Shown here: positions 50,799-61,258 of the stretch, piece by piece
How positions within the stretch are numbered: position 1 is the first letter of the stretch
Layout: each line of letters starts with the position of its first letter
Notes under the pieces: model-generated
Told to the model about the DNA's origin: nothing
What the model saw: the letters and a program-made list of their open reading frames with translations, nothing else
Database searches by the model: none
NCBI GenBank assembly: GCA_963815215.1
Contig: CAWFFU010000011.1
Coordinates: 160,001 to 224,000 of the forward strand
DNA: 64,000 bases
Direction: 5' to 3'
Source of the DNA: an uncultured Trueperaceae bacterium
GTDB lineage: Bacteria; Deinococcota; Deinococci; Deinococcales; Trueperaceae
Program-made: the position numbers and the translations under genes

Positions 50799-50834
50799 CG
50801 CGCTCCCCGGCCCCACAGCTCGCGCCGGAGGCCC

Positions 50835-51597
50835 TCACGGGGCGGACGGCGCGAGCTCCCGTAGCATCGTCACGGCCCGCTCCCGCTCGTAGCGATCCAC
50901 GGCCGTCGGCGTCGGCAACGTCAGGGCCTCATGGAGCTGCTCTACGGCGCGCGCCCGGTCGCCTGCGTCGCGCAACGCCGTCGCGTACTGCACCCGCAGG
51001 TTCACGCGGCGTGGAGCCAGGGACACGCCCTTGGCGACCAGCTCCAAGCGCTCCCTCGCGGCGCGCGCCGTAGAGCCAGCCGACACCGCGGTCGCTGACC
51101 CCGAGGTTCCACATGCCGAGGCCGACCAGGGCGTCGGGATCGTCCGGCGCCGCGGCCACCGCCCGCTTCAGCAGATCGCCGATCTCGCCCGCGGTGGAGA
51201 GGTTGTCGAGCGCGCTCGTGCGCAGCGCCATCTCACCCTTGGCCTGCGCCAGCGCCAGCAGCGCCTGCGGCGCATCGGGCAGCAGCGCCACGGCGCGGCG
51301 CCCCGCATCCTGCGCGCGACGCAACCAGATCAGGCGATCGGCGTCGGGAAGATCCCGATAGATGGCCTGCGCGATGGCGGCGTTGGCGGCCAGCGTCTGG
51401 GCAGCACCGTCGTCCTCGGCCGCCGCGAGCTGGTAGGACTCTTCGAACGATCCATTGTCGTACAGGGCGCGCGCTTCCTCGAGGCCGGCCCCCCGGACGG
51501 CGCCCGCCCCAGCGAGCAGGAGCAGCGCCGCAACGAGCGCCACCCCGGACAGCGGGTGTCGATCGGCGCGCCGCGGGCGCACGTTACGACACATCAT
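50835..51597 (-). CDS. secreted TPR-like protein, frameshift near 51050
   Basis: ORFs 50929-51597 and 50835-51086 join into one helical-repeat protein. Confidence 0.6.
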
Positions 51598-51752
51598 GGC
51601 TCATATTACTCCGCCCTCCCCCACCACCCGTGTCCCCGGACGGAACAGCGCTCCGGCGCCCGGCCAGGCGCCCAGCCGGAGGGCGAGCCCGGCTGCGCGC
51701 GCCCGCCGAAGGGCGACCCTGCGGAGCCCTCCCGGCTCCCGCGCACGATATA

Positions 51753-51777
51753 ATGACCACATGGCTAGAATGGTCAT
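51753..51777. promoter_or_regulatory. candidate TetR operator
   Basis: ATGACCA-N11-TGGTCAT inverted repeat upstream of the tetR-ABC operon. Confidence 0.5.
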
Positions 51778-51807
51778 AACGTCATTCCGTTCGAAGAGGC
51801 GCTGAAC

Positions 51808-52418
51808 GTGCCCCGCATCTTCTCCGAGGCCGACCGCCGGGCCCTCCGGCAGGCGCTCATCGACGAGGGGCGCGTCAGCTTCCTTCGTTTCGGGCTGCGC
51901 AAGACGGGCGTGGAGCAGCTCGCCCGGGCAGTGGGCATCGCCAAGGGCACCTTCTACAGCTTCTTCGAGTCCAAGGAGGACCTGTGCGCCGCGATCTTCG
52001 AGCAGGAGGAAGCGCAACGCCACGACGAGCTGGAGGCGATCCTGACGGCGACCGGCGACCCCAGCGAGATCCTGCGAGCCTTGCTGCAGCTGGGCCTGGA
52101 CTACGTCCGGGGCGACTCGCTGGTGACGGCGCTGCGGGAGAGCGGAGAGCTCGCGCAGGTTACCCGCGGGTCGAACCGCGAACGCTGGTCCGAGCACTTC
52201 CGCCACGACACGGACTTCGTGCGCAGCGTCCTGGAGGAGTGCGCCCGCCGGGGGGAAGCTGCGACCTCGACCCCGAGGTCGCGACCGGCGTGTTCCGCGC
52301 CGTCGTGACGCTCGGGTTCCACGAAGCGGAGATCGGACCGGACGTCTTCCCCGCCGCGATCGACCGGATCGTAGCCTGGGTCGCCCAGGGGATGACCGGA
52401 GCGGAGATGAGATCATGA
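51808..52418 (+). CDS. TetR/AcrR regulator, frameshift at or near G run 52250-52255
   Basis: GLRKTGVEQLARAVGIAKGTFYSFFESKEDL; continues in another frame as DLDPEVATGVFRAVV. Confidence 0.8.
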
Positions 52419-53380
52419 CCGGGGCAGCCGCCCGCACGAGGCGCGACGCCGGTGCGATCGAGTCGCCGGCGGCAGATAGCCCCGCCATCGCCACCCATGA
52501 CCTCGCCAAGCATTTCGGCCGCGTCTCTGCCGTGGAGGCGCTGTCGATGTCAGTCGCCCGCGGGGAGATCTACGGCTTCCTGGGCCGCAACGGCGCGGGC
52601 AAGACCACCACCATCCGGATGCTGGTCGGGCTCGTGCGTCCGACGCGCGGGAGCGTGTCGATCTTCGGACGCGACGTGGCCGGGCATCGCAGACGGGTCG
52701 CCGAAGACGTCGGCGTGCTGGTGGAGACCGCCACGTCCTACGGCAACCTCACGGTGCTCGAGAACCTGGAGATCCAGCGTCGCCTCACCAGAGCGCCGCG
52801 GCCGGCGGTCGACCGGGTGGTGGCGTTGCTCGACCTGGAGGAGCTCACCCACCGACGCGCCGATCGCCTGTCGCTGGGGAACAAGCAGCGTCTCGGCATC
52901 GCCCGCGCCATGCTCGCGCGCCCGAGACTCCTCGTCCTGGACGAGCCGGTCAGCGGGCTCGATCCGGTGGGCATCGTGGAGATCCGGCACCTGCTGAGAC
53001 GCCTCGCCGACGACGAGGGCGTGACCGTGTTCCTGTCGAGCCACAACCTCGGCGAGGTCGCGCAGCTCGTGGACCGGATCGGGATCATCCATCGCGGGCG
53101 CCTCGTCGAAGAGATCGACATGAGCGCGGCATCCGGCGAGGTCCGCATCGAGCTCGTCGTGTCGGACGCGGCCGCGGCGCGCGGGGCGCTCGCGTCGAGG
53201 TGGCCGCTCGTCGAGGTCCGCGAGCTGGCGCCGGACAGGCTCGAGGCGGCATGCGGCGACGTCGCGCCGTCGGCCGTGATCCGAACGCTGGTCGAAGCGG
53301 GGATCGAGGTCGGCGCGGCCTGTCCACTGCGCAACGGCCTCGAGACGCACTTCCTGCGCCTGACGGGAGGGGAGCCGTGA
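52415..53380 (+). CDS. ABC transporter ATP-binding protein (BcrA-like)
   Basis: GRNGAGKTT, LSLGNKQRLGIA, LDEP, SSH. Confidence 0.92.
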   Translation: MTGAAARTRRDAGAIESPAADSPAIATHDLAKHFGRVSAVEALSMSVARGEIYGFLGRNGAGKTTTIRMLVGLVRPTRGSVSIFGRDVAGHRRRVAEDVGVLVETATSYGNLTVLENLEIQRRLTRAPRPAVDRVVALLDLEELTHRRADRLSLGNKQRLGIARAMLARPRLLVLDEPVSGLDPVGIVEIRHLLRRLADDEGVTVFLSSHNLGEVAQLVDRIGIIHRGRLVEEIDMSAASGEVRIELVVSDAAAARGALASRWPLVEVRELAPDRLEAACGDVAPSAVIRTLVEAGIEVGAACPLRNGLETHFLRLTGGEP

Positions 53381-54156
53381 TGCTGCTGCAGGCGTTCTAC
53401 TGCGAGCTGCTCAAGCTCAAACGCGCACGGATCACCTGGATCGTGACCGCCGTCTACCTGTTCGCGCCGCTGATGCTGGGGCTCATGATGGCCGTGCTGA
53501 TGCACCCCGATCTCGGCCGCAGCATGGGGCTGCTCACCGCCAAGGCGCAGCTCACCATCGGCGTCGCCAACTGGACCACCTACCTCACCTTCACCGCCGC
53601 CCTGTTCGCGGGCGGCTTGATCGTCCTGGCGGTGGTCGAGGCGTTCGTGTTCGGGCGCGAGTACGCCGATGGCACGGCCAAGAACCTGCTGACGCTGCCG
53701 GTCGGCCGCGCGACCCTGGTCGCGGCCAAACTCGCCGTCTCGGCGGTCTGGTTCCTGTTCATGGCCGTCCTGGTGTACGCGGCCGCGCTGGCCGTCGGCT
53801 TCGCGATCGGCCTTCCCGGTTTCACGCCGGCCCTCCTCGCGCACAGCGTACGTACGGTCGCCAGGCTGATGCTGCAGGTGCTGCTCGCAGGCAGCGCCGG
53901 CGCCTGGCTCGCCGTCGCCGGCCGCGGCTACCTCGCTCCGATCGGCGTGACGGTCCTGCTACTGCTGATCGGGAACCTCTTCTCGCACACCGGCTGGGGC
54001 CCGTGGATCCCCTGGTCGATCCTTCTCATGAGCGCCGGAACGGTGCCCGGCGCGGCTCCCGTCGGCGTCGGCTCGACGCTGGTCCTCGCGCTCTTCTTCC
54101 TGGCCGCCGCGCTCGCTACCTACCTCGCCATGGATCGCTCGGATAACACGCAGTAG
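53380..54156 (+). CDS. ABC-2 type permease (BcrB-like)
   Basis: ELLKLKR, FGREYADGTAKNLLTLPV; six TMs. Confidence 0.88.
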   Translation: MLLQAFYCELLKLKRARITWIVTAVYLFAPLMLGLMMAVLMHPDLGRSMGLLTAKAQLTIGVANWTTYLTFTAALFAGGLIVLAVVEAFVFGREYADGTAKNLLTLPVGRATLVAAKLAVSAVWFLFMAVLVYAAALAVGFAIGLPGFTPALLAHSVRTVARLMLQVLLAGSAGAWLAVAGRGYLAPIGVTVLLLLIGNLFSHTGWGPWIPWSILLMSAGTVPGAAPVGVGSTLVLALFFLAAALATYLAMDRSDNTQ

Positions 54157-54325
54157 GCTCGCGTCCGGCGGCCGGACGGCGGCAGGGCGCGGCAGGGCGC
54201 GGCAGGGCGGGGCGCGGTCGCGGCGGAGGCCGCGTCCGGACGGCGGCCCCGGAACCCGATCCAAGGCCACGTCGGGGATCGCTGAACGCTTCGTTCCGCA
54301 CAAAAGGGTTACGCTTCAGGCAACG

Positions 54326-55786
54326 ATGACGCTCTCCAAGGTAATCCAAGGCGGTATGGGAGTCGCGGTGTCCGACTGGCGGTTGGCGCGTGCGGTCTCG
54401 TCGCTCGGGCAGCTCGGCGTAGTCTCAGCCACCGGCATCGACACGGTTCTGGTGCGGCGCCTCCAGGACGGCGATCCGGAAGGCGTCGTCCGCAGGGCGA
54501 TGGCGGCGTTCCCGTTCCAGGAGCTAGTGGCGTCCGTACTCCGTCACTACTTCCTGCCGGACGGCCGCGCGCCGGGCACCCGCTACAAGCTCGCCCCCAA
54601 GCCGACCGTCGCCGGCCGCCGCTCGTCGCTCCAGCAGGCGCTCAGCATGTTGGGCGCCTACGTCGAGGTCTTCCTCGCCAAGGAGGGGCATTCCGGCTCG
54701 GTCGGGGTGAACCTGCTCACCAAGATCCAGCTGCCGAACCTGGCATCGCTCTACGGGTCGATGCTGGCCGGCGTGAACTACGTCCTGATGGGCGCCGGCA
54801 TCCCGCGTGAGATCCCGGGCGCCCTGGACCGGCTAGCCCAGCACCTGACGGCGTCGCTCAAGCTCGATGTCACCGAGCTGCAGCAGGGCCCAGGGGCCGC
54901 CGCCGGAGCCTCCACCGCGGCCTCCACCTTCGACTTCGTGCCCGCGGACTTCGGGGGCGACGCGCTCGAGCCGTTGCGGCGACCGGACTTCCTCCCGATC
55001 GTCGCCTCCCACTCGCTGGCCGGAGTGCTGAAGAAGAAAGCCACCGGCTCCATCGAAGGCTTCGTGGTGGAGGGGCCCACGGCCGGAGGGCACAACGCCC
55101 CGCCGCGCGTGAAGAGCGTCTTCGACGATCGCGGGCAACCGGTCTACGGCGAGCGCGACATCGTCGATCTCGACAAGATGCGGGAGCTCGGGCTCCCCTT
55201 CTGGCTGGCCGGCGGCTACGGCTCGCCCGAAGGGCTCGAGGATGCGCTCGCGCACGGAGCGGCCGGCATCCAGGTGGGAACGCTGTTCGCGTACTGCCGA
55301 GAGTCCGGGATCGCCGCCGAGTTGAAGGAGCGGGTCCTCAAGCAGGTCGCCGGCGGCGGCGTCGACGTTCGCACCGACCCGCGCGCGTCTCCGACCGGCT
55401 TCCCGTTCAAGGTGGTGTCGCTGCCCGGCAGCGCCTCCCAGGAGGACGTCTACGACGCGAGGCGACGCGTGTGCGACCTCGGCTACCTGCGCGAGGCGTA
55501 CCGCATGGAAGACGGCAGCCTCGGTTACCGTTGCGCGGCCGAGCCCGTCGACGTCTACGTCCGGAAGGGCGGCGACGCCGCCGACACCGTCGGCCGGAAG
55601 TGCCTGTGTAACTCGCTCATGGCGAACGTGGGCCTGGGTCAGGAGCGCCTGGGGGGCCTCACGGAGGCGCCCCTGTTGACGAGCGGCGACGACTTCGCCT
55701 CGGTGGCACGTCTCATCGGCCCCGAGCGGTCCTCGTACACGGCCGCCGATGTGGTGGCGTACCTGCTCGGCGACCTCGAGGCGTAG
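54326..55786 (+). CDS. nitronate monooxygenase family flavoprotein
   Basis: IQGGMGV, MGAGIP, EGPTAGGHN, GIQVGT. Confidence 0.85.
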   Translation: MTLSKVIQGGMGVAVSDWRLARAVSSLGQLGVVSATGIDTVLVRRLQDGDPEGVVRRAMAAFPFQELVASVLRHYFLPDGRAPGTRYKLAPKPTVAGRRSSLQQALSMLGAYVEVFLAKEGHSGSVGVNLLTKIQLPNLASLYGSMLAGVNYVLMGAGIPREIPGALDRLAQHLTASLKLDVTELQQGPGAAAGASTAASTFDFVPADFGGDALEPLRRPDFLPIVASHSLAGVLKKKATGSIEGFVVEGPTAGGHNAPPRVKSVFDDRGQPVYGERDIVDLDKMRELGLPFWLAGGYGSPEGLEDALAHGAAGIQVGTLFAYCRESGIAAELKERVLKQVAGGGVDVRTDPRASPTGFPFKVVSLPGSASQEDVYDARRRVCDLGYLREAYRMEDGSLGYRCAAEPVDVYVRKGGDAADTVGRKCLCNSLMANVGLGQERLGGLTEAPLLTSGDDFASVARLIGPERSSYTAADVVAYLLGDLEA

Positions 55787-55868
55787 GCCGGGACGGCGGC
55801 CCGTCGGCGAGGGTCGGTCCGTGCCGGCACGCATCAGCCGGCAGGGGCCGTCAAGCGCCCTTGCCGCC

Positions 55869-57254
55869 TCACCGGAACTGCGGCGCGCGTCCGTAGCTCG
55901 ACACGTCCAGGCTGAAGGCCAGGCCCTGCCAGGCGGGATCGCCCTCGGCGAGCCATTCCCGGTTCTCGCCGGCGATGCGCCGGAACACGCGTAGCGCCGA
56001 GCGGTCGTCCAGCCCCGACGTGTCGATCCCGAGGTGCTCGGCGAACAGGGCCACGCGGAAGCCGCGAACGAGCTCCGGCGCCAGGACGGCCGCATTCAGC
56101 TCACCGTTGCCGAACAACGAGTAGCGGTGCAGGTTGGCAGAACCGATCGTCGCCCACGTGTCGTCCACCAGCATCAGCTTGGAGTGGACGTACACCGGTG
56201 CGCGGCGACCGTCGGCGGTCGGGCCGGCGATGCCGCAGAGCGTGAAGTTGGCGTGGCGACCTAGCTTCGAGCGCGCCTCGAAGAAGGCGCTGCGTTCCGG
56301 GGCGTCGTACGCGGTGGGGGCCGCGTCCGGCACCGCGGGCATCAGCAGCACGACGTCGATGCCGCGCACGAGCGCGTCATCCAGCGCCTCCACCATCTCG
56401 AGCACGTCCAGGTACTGGTTCTCCAGGTACAGCGTTCGACGGGCCGATCGGATCGCCCAACGGTACTGCTCGAAGATCGTTCGTTCGCCCGCCGCGACGT
56501 CGAACGCCCGTCCACCGACCGGCGCGCGTCCGTCCCGGTAGCGGCCGGGATGGGTGGTGCGCTGGATCTGGACGGTGGCCGTGCCCCGCTCCGCCGGGAC
56601 GGCGCAGGGAAACGGCAGCTCGGCTTCGCCGCTCTCGCCCCAACCGCCGCCGCTTGCCCGGCGCTCGCTCGCTTCGTTCCAGCGCTGCACGAAGTTGTGG
56701 TGCACGTCCGCCACCGCGGGCCCGCTCAGCTCGAGGTAGACGTCATGATGCTGGCCCTCCCCGACGTGTCCGGGAGCGACCAGGGCGTGCGGGTTGAGGT
56801 TGAGGCCGCCCACGAAGGCCACCTCCGCCGGGTCGCCGGCATCGATGAGCCAGCTCTTCTGGTGCTGGCAGAACCCCGGATGAGCGCGGTCCCAGCGCAC
56901 CCGCACCGGAGCCGGAAGGCCTTCGAGCAACGCGATGTGCTCGGGCGCGCCCCAGAACGCATTGCGGCGGTGTCTGGCCGTCTCGGTATCGGGGCGCCAG
57001 AACAGCAGGCGGACGTCCACCCCGCGCGCAGCCGCACGGCCCAGCACGCCCAGCGCGCTACCCCGCCCGCCCGGCATCACGAACTCGGGCCACATGAAGG
57101 TGATCGTCGCCCATACCCGATGCCGCGCCGCCTCGATCGCCTCGCACACTCGCTCGAAGGCGGGTTCGCCATCGATCAGCAGCCGTGCGGCGTTCCCTCC
57201 ACGGACCGGATACGGGCCAGTCGTAACGAAACGAGTTCGAGCCTCGTGGGACAT
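55869..57254 (-). CDS. phospholipase D/cardiolipin synthase family protein
   Basis: Two HKD motifs: HQKSWLID and HSKLMLVD...GSANL. Confidence 0.9.
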   Translation of the reverse strand: MSHEARTRFVTTGPYPVRGGNAARLLIDGEPAFERVCEAIEAARHRVWATITFMWPEFVMPGGRGSALGVLGRAAARGVDVRLLFWRPDTETARHRRNAFWGAPEHIALLEGLPAPVRVRWDRAHPGFCQHQKSWLIDAGDPAEVAFVGGLNLNPHALVAPGHVGEGQHHDVYLELSGPAVADVHHNFVQRWNEASERRASGGGWGESGEAELPFPCAVPAERGTATVQIQRTTHPGRYRDGRAPVGGRAFDVAAGERTIFEQYRWAIRSARRTLYLENQYLDVLEMVEALDDALVRGIDVVLLMPAVPDAAPTAYDAPERSAFFEARSKLGRHANFTLCGIAGPTADGRRAPVYVHSKLMLVDDTWATIGSANLHRYSLFGNGELNAAVLAPELVRGFRVALFAEHLGIDTSGLDDRSALRVFRRIAGENREWLAEGDPAWQGLAFSLDVSSYGRAPQFR

Positions 57255-57517
57255 CACGGCATGCTACAGGGAACACGAGCGACGTCCGTCCGGGGGGGCC
57301 GGGCCCAGATCCATCTCGCCCCAGAGGGGTCGGCGAGTGAGCTGGTACGTCGCTCTGTTACCTCACCCTGTGGGGCGTGACCCCATCCCCGTCTCTTGGT
57401 CCCTTCGTTGAGGTGGAGAAATCGGGGATGTTACCGACGGACAACGAACTTGGGACAACTGACAGCTGACTGACAGTTGTCCCAAGAGACGGACATCTTG
57501 TTCTGGAACTCTCAGGC

Positions 57518-58747
57518 CTACTGGCTGAGCTGACCGATGATCGAGAACATCGGCAGGAACATCCCGGCCACGATGAAGCCGACGATGACACCGAGGAACA
57601 CGATGAGGGCCGGCTCGAGCGCCGCCGTCAGGCTGTCGACGGCCTCGTCGACCTCGCGCTCGTAGAACGACGCGATCTTCTGCAGCATGGTGTCCACGGC
57701 GCCGGTCTCCTCGCCGATGGAGACCATCGAGCTGACCAGCGGCGGGAACACCAGCGGGTACTTCGCGAGCGTCTGGCTGATCTGCTCACCGCGCTGCACC
57801 GCGTCCTTGGTCTCGTCCAGGATGTCCTCGACGATGATGTTGCCGGCCGTGCCCTTGGTGATCTCGATCGACTCGATGATGTTCACGCCCGAGTGCAGCA
57901 GCAGACCGAAGGTGTTGGAGAAGTTGGCGATGGCGGTCTTCTGGATCAGGGGGCCGAAGATCGGCATCTTCAACAGCAGGCGGTCGATGGTATGGCGCCC
58001 GTTGTCGGTGCGGTAGTACAGGTTGATGCCCACCACGATCGCCACGATGACGCCGATGAGGATGTACCAGTCGAAGCGAAGGAAGTTCGACACGCCGATC
58101 AGGATCTGGGTGATGGCCGGTAGCTTCCCGCCGAGCTGGCCCAGGATGCTGGCGAACTGCGGCACGATGCCGGTCAGCAGGAAGTAGGAGACGCCCAACG
58201 CGATGAAGAGCACCACCACGGGGTAGGTCAGCGCGGTGCGGATCTTGCCGCGCAGCTCGGCCTGTTTCTCCTGATAGCTGGCGATGCGCTCGAGGATGCC
58301 GTCGAGGTTGCCCGAGACCTCCCCGGCCCTCACCAGGTAGACGTAGAGGCTGTTGAACAGCCGGGGGAACTTGGCCAGCGAGTTCGACAGCGGCTGCCCG
58401 GTCTCGACGTCCTCACGCACGCGCCGGATCGCGTCCTTGAGGCCATCCTTGGGTGACTGGCGCTGCAGGATGGCCAGCGACTGCACCATCGGCAGGCCGG
58501 CGTTGATGACGGTAGCGAACTGGCGCGAGAAGATGGTGATGTCGCGGACGGTGGGCTTGCTGCCCAGGTCCAGCCACTTCGGTAGCTTGAGCTCGGCGTT
58601 CAGCCCGGCCTTCGGGGCCTTGATCTCGCTGATGAAGTAGCCCTTGTTGCGCAGAGCGGAGGCCACGTCTCGCTGCGACGCCGCCTCCATGGTGGCAGCG
58701 ATCACCTTGCCGGAGCGGTCGCGCGCCTTGTACTCGAATACGGGCAT
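57518..58747 (-). CDS. pilC: type IV pilus assembly platform protein (T2SS F family)
   Basis: FEYKARD, FSRQFATVINAGLP, AGEVSGNLD, ALTYP, GEETG, LEP. Confidence 0.93.
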   Translation of the reverse strand: MPVFEYKARDRSGKVIAATMEAASQRDVASALRNKGYFISEIKAPKAGLNAELKLPKWLDLGSKPTVRDITIFSRQFATVINAGLPMVQSLAILQRQSPKDGLKDAIRRVREDVETGQPLSNSLAKFPRLFNSLYVYLVRAGEVSGNLDGILERIASYQEKQAELRGKIRTALTYPVVVLFIALGVSYFLLTGIVPQFASILGQLGGKLPAITQILIGVSNFLRFDWYILIGVIVAIVVGINLYYRTDNGRHTIDRLLLKMPIFGPLIQKTAIANFSNTFGLLLHSGVNIIESIEITKGTAGNIIVEDILDETKDAVQRGEQISQTLAKYPLVFPPLVSSMVSIGEETGAVDTMLQKIASFYEREVDEAVDSLTAALEPALIVFLGVIVGFIVAGMFLPMFSIIGQLSQ

Positions 58748-58919
58748 CCTGTCTCCTTCGCGCACCATACGGGCGCGCACCATACGGGCGGGGCCCTACG
58801 GAGTCCTCCGCAGTCTACCGAAGGGCGCCTCGCAGATACTGGCGAATTGCTCACTTCGCGTCCCCGGCACGGTCTCCGGCCCTGCGACGCATCCCGTGCG
58901 GGACGCTATGATGGCCCCC

Positions 58920-59570
58920 ATGCCGCGCGAGAGCCAGGTCCGCAGACGCGAGCGCGCCGCCCGGGTCCTGGCCGGCCTGAGGGATCTCTATCCGGACGCC
59001 GCCACCGAGCTCGCCTTCCGCACCCCGTTCGAGCTGCTGGTCGCGACCGTGCTCTCGGCCCAGGCCACCGATGTCAGCGTGAACCGCGCCACGCCCGCGT
59101 TGTTCGCGCGGTTCCCGGACGCCGCCGCGCTGGCGCTGGCGGAGCCCGTCGAGGTCGAACCCTTCATCCAGACCATCGGGCTGTATCACTCCAAGGCGAA
59201 GAACCTGACGGCCGCCGCGCGGCTCCTGGTCGACCGCCACGGCGGCGCGGTCCCTGCCACCCGGGAAGCGCTCATGGCGCTCCCGGGCGTCGGCCGCAAG
59301 ACCGCCAACGTGGTCCTCGCCAACGCCTTCGGTCAACCCACCATCGCCGTGGATACGCACGTGGGGCGGCTGGCCCGCCGCCTGCGTTTCAGCCGCCACG
59401 ACGACCCTGACAGGGTCGAAGCCGACCTCGAGAAGCTGTTCGATCCGAACGACTGGGTGTTCGTGCACCACGGCCTCATCCTGCACGGCCGGCGTGTGTG
59501 CAAGGCGCGCAAACCGGCGTGCGAGCACTGCCCACTGTGCGTCGACTGCCCCGCGTGCGCTGTGCCCTAG
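58920..59570 (+). CDS. nth: endonuclease III
   Basis: LSAQATD, LPGVGRKTANV, VDTHV, C-terminal CxxxxxxCxxCxxxxxC. Confidence 0.95.
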   Translation: MPRESQVRRRERAARVLAGLRDLYPDAATELAFRTPFELLVATVLSAQATDVSVNRATPALFARFPDAAALALAEPVEVEPFIQTIGLYHSKAKNLTAAARLLVDRHGGAVPATREALMALPGVGRKTANVVLANAFGQPTIAVDTHVGRLARRLRFSRHDDPDRVEADLEKLFDPNDWVFVHHGLILHGRRVCKARKPACEHCPLCVDCPACAVP

Positions 59571-59625
59571 GCAGGTGTCGCAGACGGTCCGCGACCGCCG
59601 GAACGGGTCTGCTAGGGTAGTCGGC

Positions 59626-60627
59626 ATGGTTGATCTGGCCATCGTGGGCGCCGGCCCCATCGGCATCGAAACCGCCATCCTCGCCAAGCGCGCCGGGTTG
59701 GACTACCGGCTCATCGAGAAGGGTTGCATCGTCAACGCCATCGCCGGCTACCCGACCTACATGACCTTCTTCACCACCTCCGAGCGGCTCGAGGTGGGCG
59801 GGCACCCGCTGGTCACCGCCACCGACAAGCCGACCCGCAAGGAGGCACTCGACTACTACCGCAAGGTCGTCCAGAACGAACGGCTCGAGCTCGCCTCCTA
59901 CACCGAGGTCAGCGCCATCGAGCGGGCCGACGAGGGCTTCACGGTCCGCACGCGCTCGCTGGCCCCCGGCGACGACGGCGAGAGCGTCCTCGAGGCACGC
60001 TGCGTCGCCCTGGCCACAGGCTACTTCGACAACCCCAAGCCGCTCGGCGTTCCCGGCGAGGACCTGCCGAACGTCAGCCACTACTACAGCGAGGCGCACC
60101 CGTTCTTCGAGCGCAACGTGACCATCGTCGGAGCCGGCAGCTCGGCCGCTGACGCCGCGCTCGACCTGTTCCGCGGCGGGGCGCACGTGAGCATGGTCCA
60201 CCGCGGTGTGGACTTCCGGCACAGCCTCAAGTACTGGATCCGCCCCAACCTGGTCAACCGCGTCAAGGAGGGCTCCATCGCCGCCCACTTCGATACCGTC
60301 GTGCGCGAGATCCGGCCCGACCGCGTGATCGCCGAGACGGGTGGCGTTCGCTTCGAGATCCCCACCGACCAGACCTTCGTGCTGACCGGCTACTATGCCG
60401 CCCCTGAGCTCCTGCGATCGGCCGGCGTGACGCTCGACGGTTCGACCCTCGCCGCCCGGCTCGACGCCGATTCCTTCGAGAGCGACGTCCCCGGCCTGTT
60501 CGTGGTGGGCTCCGCCGGGTTCGGCACGCGCACCAGCGACGTGTTCATCGAGAACGGCATCGTGCACGCCCGCAAGGCCATGGCCGCCATCACCCGGCGG
60601 CTGCAACGCGTCGCCAGCGTCGCCTGA
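59626..60627 (+). CDS. ypdA: YpdA family bacillithiol disulfide reductase
   Basis: GAGPIG, YPTYMTFFTT, EALDYYR, ATGYFD, VFIENG. Confidence 0.88.
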   Translation: MVDLAIVGAGPIGIETAILAKRAGLDYRLIEKGCIVNAIAGYPTYMTFFTTSERLEVGGHPLVTATDKPTRKEALDYYRKVVQNERLELASYTEVSAIERADEGFTVRTRSLAPGDDGESVLEARCVALATGYFDNPKPLGVPGEDLPNVSHYYSEAHPFFERNVTIVGAGSSAADAALDLFRGGAHVSMVHRGVDFRHSLKYWIRPNLVNRVKEGSIAAHFDTVVREIRPDRVIAETGGVRFEIPTDQTFVLTGYYAAPELLRSAGVTLDGSTLAARLDADSFESDVPGLFVVGSAGFGTRTSDVFIENGIVHARKAMAAITRRLQRVASVA

Positions 60628-60739
60628 ATCTGCGCACCGGGCGCGGCTCGGCCGGCACCGGTCGGGCGGCGCCCGTTGCGACGTCCGCGGCAGACCCCGC
60701 GCCGCTCGCCCGTAGACTGGAGCGAGGAGGCACGTGGTC

Positions 60740-61258
60740 ATGAGGAATCGCAATCAGGTCATCGGCATCATCCTGATCGTCGTCGGCATCCTCGTCCTGA
60801 TGGGGCGCATGGCCGGCGCCGGCAACATCGGTTGGCCGTTGTTCGTCCTTCTACCGGGCGTCGCGCTGCTGGCGTGGGCGTTCCTGGGAGGCGAGGAAGC
60901 AACGACGCTGGCCATCCCCGGCAGCATCGTCACCACTGTCGGCCTGATCCTGTTCGTGCAGAACCTCGGCGACTACTTCCAGTCGTGGTCCTACGCCTGG
61001 GGTCTCATCGTGTCGGGGGTAGGCTTCGGGATCTTCCTGCAAGGGGCCCTCACCGCCGATCACGACCGTGAGCGCGAGGGCATGCGCGTCGTGACGGTGG
61101 GTCTCGCGCTGTTCGCCGCCTTCGGCGCCTTCTTCGAGTTCTTCGTGTTCGACAACTGGGCGGGGAGCTGGGTCGGCCGCTGGCTGCTGCCGCTGGCCCT
61201 CATCGCCGCCGGCCTGGTGCTCTGGGCCCGCCGCGGGGGCGACCGCGCCGAACCGTGA
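60740..61258 (+). CDS. LiaF/LiaI-like membrane protein
   Basis: GIILIVVGILVL...WPLF; QSWSYAW. Confidence 0.65.
   Translation: MRNRNQVIGIILIVVGILVLMGRMAGAGNIGWPLFVLLPGVALLAWAFLGGEEATTLAIPGSIVTTVGLILFVQNLGDYFQSWSYAWGLIVSGVGFGIFLQGALTADHDREREGMRVVTVGLALFAAFGAFFEFFVFDNWAGSWVGRWLLPLALIAAGLVLWARRGGDRAEP

Noticed and set aside
52250..52255. Phase-variable G tract in tetR
   Set aside because: A six-G run is short, and the assembly shows other single-base indels; sequencing error is more likely
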